From positions 54,056 to 118,055 of the forward strand of contig CAMBEK010000005.1 in NCBI GenBank assembly GCA_945865565.1: a DNA stretch of 64,000 nucleotides, given 5' to 3'. This DNA comes from Pseudobacteriovorax antillogorgiicola. Its GTDB lineage: Bacteria > Bdellovibrionota_B > Oligoflexia > Oligoflexales > RGVZ01. Position numbers and translations under genes: made by a program. This document shows positions 9,150 to 18,923 of the stretch, piece after piece. Within the stretch, counting starts at the first letter, position 1, and each line of letters opens with the position of its first letter. The notes under the pieces were generated by a model, which was not told the origin of the DNA, searched no databases, and saw only the letters and a list, made by a program, of their open reading frames with translations.

Positions 9150-10217
9150 ATGCTGATCATCGGTATTGAATCCAGTTGTGACGAAACCGCGATCGCCGTC
9201 CTCAGGGACGGACGCCAGGTTCTTGCGTCCAAAATTTCATCCCAAATCGCCCGGCACGCACCTTTCGGTGGGGTTGTCCCTGAAATTGCAGCCCGCGAGC
9301 ATCTGAATTCCATTCAACCTCTTTTCGACGCGGCAATGAAAGAAGCTGGTGCCGGTTACCCCGGAATCACTTTGTCTGACATTGATGCCGTCGCTGTAAC
9401 TCAGGGCCCAGGATTGGTCGGCGCCTTGTTGGTTGGAGTTTCCTTTGCCAAAGGCCTCGCCTTGGCGAACAACAAGCCACTGATTCCAGTTGATCATGTT
9501 CATGCCCACATCCACGGGGCCCTTCTGGGACTTTCTGACAAAGTCGCTGAAGCCGCCCTGCCCTGCCTGGCACTGGTCGTATCGGGCGGCCATACCAATC
9601 TTTATCTTGTTGAAAATCCACTGGACTTCAAATTGATCGCCCATACCGTCGATGATGCCTGCGGCGAGTGTTTGGACAAGGTTGGAAAACTGCTCGGCCT
9701 GCCTTATCCAGGCGGACCTTGGATTGAACGAAACGCGGCCAAGGGCAATCCCGACAAAATTGCGATGCCGCGTACGGTGGAAAAAAAATCACAGATGGAA
9801 TTCAGCTACTCAGGCTTGAAGACCCACATGGCTCAAATGATATCGCGACTGCCGCAACCAATTCCCGAGGATCAAGTCGCGGACATGTGCGCAGCCTTCC
9901 AACGAGAAGCCTTTCAGCAACTCATTCGCAAACTTGAAATCGCACGGGGAAAATTCCCCCACGTGCGAAGCATCGTTGTCGCCGGCGGAGTGGCTGCCAA
10001 CAAGACCTTCCGCAGCATGGCGGAGGGGTCGTTCAAAATTCCGTGTCATTTTCCGGAACCAGAATACTGCTCGGACAACGCTGCCATGATCGCGGCCCTT
10101 GGCTGGCACATGCTTAATGATCGGGGCCCAGATGCCTTCAAGGCGACCGACTGGGATGTGTATCCGCGATACCCATTTGAAAATTACAAGTTCGACAGCA
10201 CCGGGGCCCATTCGTGA
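9150..10217 (+). CDS. tsaD: tRNA N6-adenosine threonylcarbamoyltransferase TsaD
   Basis: MLIIGIESSCDETAIAVL..., HAPFGGVVPEIAAREH, and VSGGHTNLY. These are the characteristic Kae1/TsaD motifs. Confidence 0.92.
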   Translation: MLIIGIESSCDETAIAVLRDGRQVLASKISSQIARHAPFGGVVPEIAAREHLNSIQPLFDAAMKEAGAGYPGITLSDIDAVAVTQGPGLVGALLVGVSFAKGLALANNKPLIPVDHVHAHIHGALLGLSDKVAEAALPCLALVVSGGHTNLYLVENPLDFKLIAHTVDDACGECLDKVGKLLGLPYPGGPWIERNAAKGNPDKIAMPRTVEKKSQMEFSYSGLKTHMAQMISRLPQPIPEDQVADMCAAFQREAFQQLIRKLEIARGKFPHVRSIVVAGGVAANKTFRSMAEGSFKIPCHFPEPEYCSDNAAMIAALGWHMLNDRGPDAFKATDWDVYPRYPFENYKFDSTGAHS

Positions 10218-11044
10218 AGTACAACCACAAAAAAAGCGATCCGAATCAACACCAGAGAAACAGTGGCCAACCGAGGCAGAAAAAGTCGATGGGCCAGGTT
10301 TTTCTGCATGACGAGTGGCCCGTGCGCCGCGTCGTGGAAATTGCACAAGACTGGCTGGCCGTTGAAGTCATCGAAATCGGCCCGGGTGGGGCAATCCTGA
10401 CCAAGGCCCTGTCCAACGCAGGCATCCAAACCACGGCCATTGAAAAAGACGATCGCTTTGCCGAACGCTTGATTGAATCCGCCCTTCCAGGGGTCGACGT
10501 GGTGAACCAAGACATACTTGAATTTGACCTGGGCGCCTGGATTGATCGTGTTGAAAAATCAGGGAAAAAAGCAGCGGTGCTGGGAAACATTCCCTACAAC
10601 ATCTCGTCTCCAATCGTGATGTGGGTGCTGCCACATCTGCATCGCCTGGCCGGCGCAACTTTTTTAGTGCAACTGGAATTCGCCAAGCGCCTTGCGGCAA
10701 AGCCAAACACAAAGGACTACGGCAGCCTGACGGTTTTTACGCAGATGAGGGCCGACGTACGTATGGACTGCGAAGTCGGACGGGAATTTTTCACCCCCGT
10801 ACCAAAAGTCGACAGTGCCATTGTCGTTATGGAAGCCCGCAAGGAGCCCTTGCCACAAGAGGTCATGAAAAAAATCGAAACCATCGCGCGCCAGGCATTT
10901 CATCAGAGGCGAAAAAAACTACGCAACGCAGTCAAACCATTTCTTGCGGGCCGTAGCGAATCCGACTGCCCCGTCGACTTGAACCGCCGCCCGGAAAACC
11001 TCACCCTCGAGGAATTTGCCCAGCTGGCGGCGTTTTTGACCTAG
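10214..11044 (+). CDS. rsmA: 16S rRNA (adenine1518/1519-N6)-dimethyltransferase RsmA/KsgA
   Basis: GQVFLHD, VIEIGPGGAILTKAL and GNIPYNISSPIV. The start has a 4-nt overlap with the tsaD stop. Confidence 0.9.
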   Translation: MKYNHKKSDPNQHQRNSGQPRQKKSMGQVFLHDEWPVRRVVEIAQDWLAVEVIEIGPGGAILTKALSNAGIQTTAIEKDDRFAERLIESALPGVDVVNQDILEFDLGAWIDRVEKSGKKAAVLGNIPYNISSPIVMWVLPHLHRLAGATFLVQLEFAKRLAAKPNTKDYGSLTVFTQMRADVRMDCEVGREFFTPVPKVDSAIVVMEARKEPLPQEVMKKIETIARQAFHQRRKKLRNAVKPFLAGRSESDCPVDLNRRPENLTLEEFAQLAAFLT

Positions 11045-11050
11045 AAAACT

Positions 11051-12799
11051 CTAAGGAATCCAGACGCTGCCCGATCCGGGCGATGTCACACCGAGCGATT
11101 TTTTTGCGCCAGGAAAAATATCCTGAATTAACCGAGTATCGGATTCTTCACCCAACGACTTCAAAATCAATCGCCCGCGCAACGGTAACGACAAATCCAG
11201 AAATGGCTCATTCTGGATCAAATCTGGTCCCCAATAAATTTTCGACGAATCAACGAAACAAATCTGCGTCTGTTCTTCAGGCAGACAAGGCAGCAGGGCA
11301 AGGCGCTCCGCAACAAAGCCGGAAATCTGACCAATGCGAAGGGGCAATAAAAGCGCCAACGACAAAGATGCCGAAACCATCAACCACGTCACTACCCGCG
11401 ATGATGGCCCCTCTCGCACCACACGGGAAAGGCCCAAGATAAGAATAAATCCAAGCGCCGGATGCAGGTATCGATAACCCCAACCATGACCCTGGTTCAG
11501 AGGAAACATAAAATAAAATCCAACCGCCCCAGCCAACACAAGGGTAGAAAGTTGAAGGGCAGAAAGTTGGATGACACGGACTTCATTTTCTGCCGGCGCA
11601 TCCGCTTCTGATTGATCTTGATGGTGCCTATTTTTGGACACAATGGACAGAAGCCCCAAACCTGCAAGACCAATGAGTCCAGGAACTGCCCACAACGCAA
11701 AACGCAGCAGGCTCATACTATCCTGAAGAAACTGCCGAAAGGTCGGCCACTTCAAGTGCTCACCGAGCCAAGCCAACTCTGTCGCCGCCGCACCCAGACC
11801 AGATGCAGCCTCCTGACGATGAACGTGGGACACATCCTGAACCAATCCCGTCCAACCAAACGAAAGGGCAGCAATGAATGGCAAGTAGGGCAAGGCCAAA
11901 CAGGCCGCATCACGAAATCTGCGGACCCGAATCAAAAGAAAAAAAGCCGGCAGTGCGACAAGCAATTGCGGGATTTGATTGCCCGTGTGCAGGGCAATGC
12001 CACCAGCAATACCGGCGGCCACCATCGACCAAGGGGTTCCGCGAATAAAAAAGAACAAAAACAACAGATGAAGAAGCAGTAAAAAATTTGTGGCAAACGA
12101 TCCCATCCCGAAGCCCGCCACGGAAACACAACTAGCCATGAGCAACACAGAAAGCCCAGCGAGCCAAGCCTGTCGCCAGAGCCGCCATGCTGAAAAACCG
12201 GCAAGCAGTACAATTCCTGCGGCGATAAGGGGATTTACTAAAAATCGAAGTCCAGCACGTTCGAAAGGTGCTGCGAAAAAAGCAAATGCCGGTTGATAGC
12301 TGGTAATGATCCGACCGCTGCCATCGTCAGCGACGAGAATCCTGTTGGCAAGTTCGGCTGGTGCCATCCGGGTGGCTAACGCCGGAGGCCAGATGCCAAA
12401 AAAAGTTCCGCGCGAAAACACCTTTGTTTGAATCACGTTGGCATATTCATCGCCAGAAATCGCGGCCATGCGGTAAACATTCAGGCTGCCAATGGTACAC
12501 ACTAGAAATACAGCACCGGCAACCAGCCAACGCCTGGACCATAAGGCCTCGAGCGCGCCCTGCTGTTCATCAATCGCAACCCGACGCGCAAAGTAAAACG
12601 CGACAATGGCGATGATCCCGGCCATCAACGCAGCCACCGGCTCCTGAGAAACGAATTGCAAATCAAAAATATCGAGTAACAACGGGGACGGGACCTGGGA
12701 CTCGCGCCAAAGGGCAATCCCGGCAGACACACCAGAAATTGCGAGCACCGTCCCGGTCAACCACCACAGGGTTTTTGACACTGAATCAGACATCTTCAA
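11051..12799 (-). CDS. Polytopic membrane protein, possible GT-C-fold glycosyltransferase
   Basis: 582 aa with at least 10 hydrophobic helices. The first loop contains SGDEYANVIQTKVF, which resembles the DExxY motif of ArnT/PMT-type GT-C enzymes. A soluble C-terminal domain of ~130 aa follows. The function is an inference. Confidence 0.4.
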   Translation of the reverse strand: MKMSDSVSKTLWWLTGTVLAISGVSAGIALWRESQVPSPLLLDIFDLQFVSQEPVAALMAGIIAIVAFYFARRVAIDEQQGALEALWSRRWLVAGAVFLVCTIGSLNVYRMAAISGDEYANVIQTKVFSRGTFFGIWPPALATRMAPAELANRILVADDGSGRIITSYQPAFAFFAAPFERAGLRFLVNPLIAAGIVLLAGFSAWRLWRQAWLAGLSVLLMASCVSVAGFGMGSFATNFLLLLHLLFLFFFIRGTPWSMVAAGIAGGIALHTGNQIPQLLVALPAFFLLIRVRRFRDAACLALPYLPFIAALSFGWTGLVQDVSHVHRQEAASGLGAAATELAWLGEHLKWPTFRQFLQDSMSLLRFALWAVPGLIGLAGLGLLSIVSKNRHHQDQSEADAPAENEVRVIQLSALQLSTLVLAGAVGFYFMFPLNQGHGWGYRYLHPALGFILILGLSRVVREGPSSRVVTWLMVSASLSLALLLPLRIGQISGFVAERLALLPCLPEEQTQICFVDSSKIYWGPDLIQNEPFLDLSLPLRGRLILKSLGEESDTRLIQDIFPGAKKSLGVTSPGSGSVWIP

Positions 12800-13139
12800 A
12801 ATCGATATTATTGGCTGGATCGTAAGAGTCTTGAAAATCTAGATCGATCGCTACCTGGCCATCAACGATTCTGGTTCTGCAAGACATTCGAACCGATCCA
12901 TCGACGGGAAGCTTTAGACGCTGCAACATTGCAAGCTCGTCTGGGGCCGCTTCACTCAATTTACCACTTGATGCGTCAACTTTTACACCACAGGTGCCAC
13001 ATCTCAGAGAGGCGCACATAAAGCGGATAGGAACACCACCCTGACGCGCAGCAACCAGGATCTTGGTTCCGGAATCAACTTCAACCCGCGTCCCGGTTGG
13101 CATAAAAATCACCACAGGCTTTTTTGACTGAGGGTTCAT
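12786..13139 (-). CDS. 2Fe-2S ferredoxin-like protein
   Basis: Only the last 118 codons of track ORF 12786..13556 are credible: MNPQSKKPVVIFMPTGTRVEVDSGTKILVAARQGGVPIRFMCASLRCGTCGV...MSC. This is a beta-grasp ferredoxin pattern with a C-x4-C-x2-C...C arrangement. The ATG at 13139 overlaps the dapD stop by 4 nt. Confidence 0.6.
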   Translation of the reverse strand: MNPQSKKPVVIFMPTGTRVEVDSGTKILVAARQGGVPIRFMCASLRCGTCGVKVDASSGKLSEAAPDELAMLQRLKLPVDGSVRMSCRTRIVDGQVAIDLDFQDSYDPANNIDFEDV

Positions 13140-14008
13140 ACAGAAAGAGCAAACTCGCGAAGGGTGTCGTTTAGCGATGTCTTCAGGTCGGTAGAGGGCT
13201 TTCGCTCGCCGATGATGTAGGCGCAGGACGTGTAAATCTTGCCGCCCGGCATTTCTTTTTCCTTGGTGCCCGGCACGACGACACAACGCGCTGGAACATA
13301 GCCTTTTATCTCCGGCATGCCAGGCTTGCGAGTATCGATGATCGGAGTCGAAGCTGTCAGGGTAGTGTTGGCGGCGAGCACTGCCTCGCGTCCGATCCTG
13401 ACCCCTTCGACAACAATGCAGCGGGAGCCTAAAAATGCGCCGTCTTCCACAATCACAGGTGTGGCCGATGGTGGCTCGAGAACGCCACCAATACCCACCC
13501 CGCCGGACAAATGAACATTTGCACCAATCTGGGCGCATGAACCAACGGTTGCCCATGTATCAACCATGGTACCCGCGCCGATCCAAGCCCCGATATTTAC
13601 ATACGAAGGCATCAAGATAACCCCAGGCTCCATAAATGAGCCGTAGCGGGCAACAGCAGGTGGAACCACCCGGACTTTCAGTTCCCGGTAATTGCTCTTG
13701 AGGGGAATCTTGTCGTGATAGACAAACGGACCAACATCAATCTGCGCCATCGGGGAATATTTGAAATAAAGCAGGATAGCCTGTTTGATCCATGCGTGAG
13801 TCGTCCAAGATCCCTTGGGATCACCTGCAGTGCCATCAACATCGTGGCCAGCAACGGGAGACGCCACCCGCAGCTCGCCGCGATCAAGGCGGCCAATCAC
13901 AGATTCCACCGCCGCGCGCAATCTAATGTCGGCGTCTGAGCCTGGATTCGGCGGTGACTTTGCACCAGCCTCAATGGCGTCGCGCAGTTGATTCAACGGT
14001 TCATTCAT
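13136..14008 (-). CDS. dapD: 2,3,4,5-tetrahydropyridine-2,6-dicarboxylate N-succinyltransferase DapD
   Basis: WTTHAWIKQAILLYF, hexapeptide repeats (NIGAWIGAGTMVDTWATVGSCAQIGANVHLSGGVGIGGVLEP), and EDGAFLGSR. The start is taken at MNEPLNQL (14008), giving an ATGA overlap with the upstream gene. Confidence 0.88.
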   Translation of the reverse strand: MNEPLNQLRDAIEAGAKSPPNPGSDADIRLRAAVESVIGRLDRGELRVASPVAGHDVDGTAGDPKGSWTTHAWIKQAILLYFKYSPMAQIDVGPFVYHDKIPLKSNYRELKVRVVPPAVARYGSFMEPGVILMPSYVNIGAWIGAGTMVDTWATVGSCAQIGANVHLSGGVGIGGVLEPPSATPVIVEDGAFLGSRCIVVEGVRIGREAVLAANTTLTASTPIIDTRKPGMPEIKGYVPARCVVVPGTKEKEMPGGKIYTSCAYIIGERKPSTDLKTSLNDTLREFALSV

Positions 14009-15231
14009 TTCAGATACTCCCGCAGAAGGTTCATTGCCTGCTGCATCGCCGCTTCTTCCGGGACCAGAGCAAAGCGAACGTGTCCGCGAATGCCCTCGCT
14101 GAGCCACTGGGATGGCGATGCAATCACGCCGATCCGAGCCAGGTTCAACACAAAGGCAACATCGTCATCGCCGAATTTTTCTGGAATCTTCGCCCACAAG
14201 TAAAATGTGGTTGATGGAATTTTGTCGATCATCCCGAGATTTTGCAGAAGCAGCCCGAAGGTCGCCAGACGTTTGGTAAAGATCCGGCGTCGTTCAATGA
14301 CGTGCGCATCATCACCCCACGCCACGGCAGCAGCATGCTGGATAAAGTCGGGTGAGCCGACTCCAAAATTTGCGCGCGCATTCAAAAACGGTTTTACAAT
14401 GCGAGGATCCCCAGCCACGAGCCCTGCACGATATCCCGTCAATCCAGAGCGCTTCGACAAACTCATGAAAGACAAGACTCGATCGGTAGAAAGCTGGAGC
14501 GGATTGACTGGACGAGGATCCACGTCGACCGAAGGCAACGCGCCGGTGGGCACGAGGGCATCAATAGCGGAATCAAAAATATCGACATAGCAGTCATCAG
14601 AAAGCAGGATCGTATCGGTTTTGTGGCACCAGTCGATGACACGCCGCCAATATTCCAAAGGCGCCGTTGCACCAGTCGGGTTATGGGGATGGTTGATCCA
14701 AATTGCAGCCGCATTTTTTTGCACTTCTGCAGGCAGATTCCACGGCTCCAAAAGGTAACCGTTCTGTCCAGTGACGCGGACTGGATACGGAATTCCGCCC
14801 GCATACAATGTGGAACTGCGGTAAACGGGATAACCCGGATCGGGGTAGATGATGTGTTTTTTCCCGCCAGCACGACCCACCAGGCAGAGAGCAATGTTGA
14901 AGATGGCCTCTTTGCTGCCCTGGCTTGGAATCACAGCGAGGTCATTGCCCACCTGCAAGCCAAAGCGACGCTTCAAGTAACCGGCCTGTTCCGCTGCCAA
15001 GCGCTCAACACCTTTGACGCTCGGGTATTGGCTGATTTCAGGGAGGGCCTTGATCAAGGCTTCACGAACTGGCGGCCATGTCGCAATCCGTGGATCACCT
15101 GTCCCGAAATCGAACACGGCCTTGCCCTCTTTGACGAGGCCAGCCTTGATCCGGCTCAACTCTTCCATCGGATAGGGTTTGAGCCCTGCCGTCACTTCAT
15201 TGACAAAGGAATTAACGGATAAAAGTGTCAT
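14005..15231 (-). CDS. dapC: Class I aminotransferase, succinyldiaminopimelate transaminase (DapC)-like
   Basis: The PLP-lysine motif SLSKRSGLTGYRAG and NHPHNPTG are present. The gene is translationally coupled to dapD. Confidence 0.75.
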   Translation of the reverse strand: MTLLSVNSFVNEVTAGLKPYPMEELSRIKAGLVKEGKAVFDFGTGDPRIATWPPVREALIKALPEISQYPSVKGVERLAAEQAGYLKRRFGLQVGNDLAVIPSQGSKEAIFNIALCLVGRAGGKKHIIYPDPGYPVYRSSTLYAGGIPYPVRVTGQNGYLLEPWNLPAEVQKNAAAIWINHPHNPTGATAPLEYWRRVIDWCHKTDTILLSDDCYVDIFDSAIDALVPTGALPSVDVDPRPVNPLQLSTDRVLSFMSLSKRSGLTGYRAGLVAGDPRIVKPFLNARANFGVGSPDFIQHAAAVAWGDDAHVIERRRIFTKRLATFGLLLQNLGMIDKIPSTTFYLWAKIPEKFGDDDVAFVLNLARIGVIASPSQWLSEGIRGHVRFALVPEEAAMQQAMNLLREYLK

Positions 15232-15234
15232 GAA

Positions 15235-16113
15235 TCAGCCCCAATCAGAGGAGCCAAGATCGCTTCTCAGCTGCCATAATTCTGGAAAGAATCGTTTTGA
15301 AAGTGTTTTGGTCAAATACTCAACGCCACTGGATCCTCCAGTTCCGCGTTTAAAGCCAATCATGCGCTCGACCATGGCGACGTGACGATAACGCCACAGC
15401 ATGAATGACTCATCAAGATCCATCAATGCTTCAAGGGCGTGATACAGATCGAGGTGCGAATCCGGATCGCGGTAAACTGCAAGAAACAAATTCTTTACGC
15501 CCTCATCCGGCTCCCAAGGCTTTGCCGGATCGCGCTCAAGGACGTGCTTTGGCACTGAAAATCCTTTGCGCGAAAGAAAATGCAGAAACACCTCATAAAG
15601 CGACGGACGCTCCATGGCATCCTTCAACTGCTGCATGTGTGCTGGCGTTGAACGAAAAAACTTGAGATAGCCTGCGTCTTTTAGACCAATCCGGAATTCA
15701 ACGATGCGAAATTGGTGCGACTGAAATCCACTAGCCGGATTGATGCGATTGCGGAACCGGTTGAATTCGGTTGGAGTCATCGTTTCCAGAACGGCAACCT
15801 GGTCCACCAGAATCTTCTGGATCGCATGAACGCGTTTTAATGTCCTGAGAAGCTCGGTCAGTGAGTCAGCTTTCAAAGCGCGTTCGGCTTTATCCAACTC
15901 ATGCAAGACCTGCTTGAACCACAGTTCGTAAACCTGATGGATGATGATGAACAGGGTTTCGTCGTGTTCCGGCGGATCAGACTGAGTCACCTGCAGTGCC
16001 AGCAGGTCATCCACATGGAGGTAACGGTCGTACGTCAGGGACGTCCCCGTTGGTTCAATTAGTGTACCGGGAAGATTTCCAGATTTGTTTTGCTTGTCAC
16101 GACTGTCGTCCAC
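15235..16113 (-). CDS. kynA: Tryptophan 2,3-dioxygenase
   Basis: LTYDRYLHVDDLLALQ and HDETLFIIIHQVYELWFKQVLHEL are the typical bacterial TDO signature. Confidence 0.88.
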   Translation of the reverse strand: MDDSRDKQNKSGNLPGTLIEPTGTSLTYDRYLHVDDLLALQVTQSDPPEHDETLFIIIHQVYELWFKQVLHELDKAERALKADSLTELLRTLKRVHAIQKILVDQVAVLETMTPTEFNRFRNRINPASGFQSHQFRIVEFRIGLKDAGYLKFFRSTPAHMQQLKDAMERPSLYEVFLHFLSRKGFSVPKHVLERDPAKPWEPDEGVKNLFLAVYRDPDSHLDLYHALEALMDLDESFMLWRYRHVAMVERMIGFKRGTGGSSGVEYLTKTLSKRFFPELWQLRSDLGSSDWG

Positions 16114-16125
16114 ACACCACCCCCG

Positions 16126-17388
16126 TTACGAGGTCATTACCGCCAACCACTCAAGATTGTCAGTATGCGCGAACATGTCGAAGGCTTCAACTTGTCTCAA
16201 GCGGAAACCTGCCTTGCGCAGAACGGCAAGGTCACGGGCGAGGGTCTCGACCTCGCAGGAAACGTAAATAAACCGGGTTTCCGGATTCTGACGAAGGACG
16301 TGGGCAAGGTGGGTCCGGGCCGTTTCATGCAGGCCACGACGGGACGGATTGACCACAATAACTTCAGGCTTCTGGGCCCATGCTGGAAGGGCGGTTTCCG
16401 AATCCTCGACCCGCGCCGCCAGAAATTCAGCCTTGGTCTCAAGCTCGTTGCGTTTGGCATTGAGGGCCGCATCGGCCACTGCCGCGGCGTTCTCCTCGAT
16501 TCCAAAAACGCGATAACCTTGGCGGGCCATAATCAGGGACATTTGCCCAATACCACAATAAAAGTCCCAGGCAACACCGCCGGGAGCAGCACGTCCCGCA
16601 AGCTGTTCAACCCGACGATACATGACAGATGCTTGCCAGGGATTGACTTGAAAAAAAGCGGTCGGCCCGATCTCAAAATTAAGATCACAAATCCGCTCGC
16701 GCAAACGATCGTTACCAGTCAAACGAACCGTTTCCGCGCCAAAAATTGCGTTGCCGGTTTCGCTGTTGATATTCATCTGGGTTGAAGCCAACTTGTGGTC
16801 TTCGCGTTTCAATCGCGAAATGATCCGCTGCAAATGAACTTTGGCAGCCGGATCACGCACGACAAACGTCAGCATGAGTTCGTTGGTCACATGGGATGAT
16901 CTTGCGACCAGGTAACGAAGGTCGCCGGATCCAGTCGACTCATCCCATGGTTGGAGTGGCGATTCATTGAGGGCGGGGCGCATATCGCGAAGCAGGGCCC
17001 GCAAAGCTGGCGCGTGGATCGGGCAGTGCTCCACTTCATCCATGACGGAGTGGGTTCCCGGTTCAAACAGACCGATCGCGAACCGGTCCTTTGCAGAAAT
17101 CTCCCCGCGGTACAATTTCGGGCGGACTGCAAGTTTTATGAGGGTCCGGTAACCAAGGCGACGGGGCGCTTCATTTACGCCCAAAACTTGAGCCGTATCC
17201 AGCAACTTGGCTGCCTCAAGAAACTTCAGTCCCTTGTGAAACTTTGCCTGCAAGGAAGGCTCGTAGGACGTGTTGACAAGAACGCAGGAACCGCAACCGC
17301 CGCCCCTTACACGGCATGCACCGTCCGTCTCAGGCAACGGGCGGGGACGCTTTTTTTCTTGTGTTTTGATCGGGGGCATAAAGGTCAC
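16126..17388 (-). CDS. RNA (uracil-C5)-methyltransferase, RlmD/RumA/TrmA family
   Basis: N-terminal Cys cluster (CRVRGGGCGSCVL), FFQVNPWQA, DFYCGIGQMSL and YVSCE. The substrate cannot be assigned from sequence. Confidence 0.8.
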   Translation of the reverse strand: MTFMPPIKTQEKKRPRPLPETDGACRVRGGGCGSCVLVNTSYEPSLQAKFHKGLKFLEAAKLLDTAQVLGVNEAPRRLGYRTLIKLAVRPKLYRGEISAKDRFAIGLFEPGTHSVMDEVEHCPIHAPALRALLRDMRPALNESPLQPWDESTGSGDLRYLVARSSHVTNELMLTFVVRDPAAKVHLQRIISRLKREDHKLASTQMNINSETGNAIFGAETVRLTGNDRLRERICDLNFEIGPTAFFQVNPWQASVMYRRVEQLAGRAAPGGVAWDFYCGIGQMSLIMARQGYRVFGIEENAAAVADAALNAKRNELETKAEFLAARVEDSETALPAWAQKPEVIVVNPSRRGLHETARTHLAHVLRQNPETRFIYVSCEVETLARDLAVLRKAGFRLRQVEAFDMFAHTDNLEWLAVMTS

Positions 17389-17433
17389 TTGGCCAAAAAA
17401 GGCACAGCAAATGTGGGCTCATTAAGCATGGGC

Positions 17434-18684
17434 TCAATACATCCAATCGTCTAACGACTTAGGAGGTCGGCTTGTAGCACTCTTGAGGGGTTTACGGAAG
17501 ACTTTTGCCCCCAGGGTTCCCCCGCCGGCCGCGACATGCTTTTCCCACGCCCTCCATTCTGATCGCAACGTACCGACAAGATAAGGTGAATTCGGGCTTT
17601 TGGACCCCTTCGAATAGACAAAATCATTGAACATAAATGTCGTAGCATGCTTGATCCAGCGGTAAGAAATATCCTGATCAGACGGGGTCTTGCCTGAGGC
17701 TGGCAGCTGGAAAAAGACTATCATGTCGCCAAACTTAAGGGGCGATCTGGCCGGATCAATTTCGTAGAACGAGCTTTGCAAAACCCGCCACAATTCATCG
17801 TTATTGATCATGACATCATGATGATCTTGCTCGGTGCGGATGTTCACAAGCTGGCTGCGAACCATTTTTGGATACTGGAAGGCCAACGCCGTCATGAAGC
17901 AGTTTGGGCCACGATAAAGTTCAAAGGTTTTAACCGCACGCCGGGCCCCCACAGGCAACAGATCCTCGTCAAGCTCGAGGGGTACCGCCTGTCGCATCTT
18001 TTCCGCGACCTTACGCAGCTCCATGGCACCCGAAAACGGCGCCAATTGAATCAGCAACTCTGTCCTCAACTCCGGTCTGTCAAGTAGATCAGATGAATCA
18101 ATGCTGACATGCAGATGCGTTCGCTGCAATTTTGATGTCACCGCATCTGGCGCCATCAGACGAAGCAATTCCGGACGCACCCGAACCCTTACTTGCTTGA
18201 CGCGATCGTCACCGGCAACCGGATTTACAGCGTTGTTTTGATTTCCGGTGACCACTGACTGGAGCGCCGGGACCGCAGCCGGCACCGCGGCGGAGTCGAC
18301 CGTTCCCTCGGGTTTGGTGATTTCCTGATCCAACCTGGCCATCAATTGGCGGTAGTTTTTTGGACGCGCAAGTTTCAAAGCAAATGCGGCCCGTTCATCG
18401 TCATCTTTTGGAACCGAAAGGTAGAGTGGTTCAACCCGGGGATCCAACTCTGCTGCCTGAACACGACGTTGAATATGTGAAAAATTCGGGGCAATCAACT
18501 CGTCGCGGACTTTCACCGGTAATTCAATCGCTGGTTTGAGTGCAGCAAGGCGCACGGTAAACGGACGCGCAAAGGCAGGAACACTACAGATCCACATGCT
18601 AACGGGAAGAGCAACGGCCCACCGAACCACGCCGGTGGCGCGAAAAAAACCTCGCATCATTGGATTGGCATAATTTTGTCGCAT
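17434..18684 (-). CDS. Secreted hypothetical protein with a possible papain-like (C39-like) Cys/His domain at the C-terminus
   Basis: The track ORF runs to 18960, and I prefer the ATG at 18684 (or 18660) ahead of the signal-like WAVALPVSMWICSVPAFA. The C-terminus has RGPNCFMTALAFQY, which resembles the xxCGPTxLAM catalytic-Cys motif, and a later GDMIVF...IKHATTF. The domain call is tentative. Confidence 0.5.
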   Translation of the reverse strand: MRQNYANPMMRGFFRATGVVRWAVALPVSMWICSVPAFARPFTVRLAALKPAIELPVKVRDELIAPNFSHIQRRVQAAELDPRVEPLYLSVPKDDDERAAFALKLARPKNYRQLMARLDQEITKPEGTVDSAAVPAAVPALQSVVTGNQNNAVNPVAGDDRVKQVRVRVRPELLRLMAPDAVTSKLQRTHLHVSIDSSDLLDRPELRTELLIQLAPFSGAMELRKVAEKMRQAVPLELDEDLLPVGARRAVKTFELYRGPNCFMTALAFQYPKMVRSQLVNIRTEQDHHDVMINNDELWRVLQSSFYEIDPARSPLKFGDMIVFFQLPASGKTPSDQDISYRWIKHATTFMFNDFVYSKGSKSPNSPYLVGTLRSEWRAWEKHVAAGGGTLGAKVFRKPLKSATSRPPKSLDDWMY

Positions 18685-18923
18685 TACCCAAAAAACCAAA
18701 GGGTTGAAGCACCGAGGACGGTCGTTGTTCGACGTCCCAAGGTATGGATCGGCAGGCAGAGGATTCTCTTGACGGGCGAAAGCTGGGATAATGGTGAATG
18801 ACGGGATTTTTGTGGCGAATTTATGTGAAATTCGACCAGACCCGGCCAGACAAGACACTGGAATCAGCCACCTTGGGCGGATGTCTTGCTGGATGCACCA
18901 AACCGTGAACGGAGGTCGCCTGC

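Noticed and set aside
12786-13556. A 256-aa ORF in the track that would overlap dapD extensively.
   Set aside because: Its first ~138 codons lie inside the dapD coding region in another frame and read as Arg/Cys-rich nonsense. Only the last 118 codons look like a real ferredoxin-like protein, starting at MNPQSKK with an ATGA junction to dapD.
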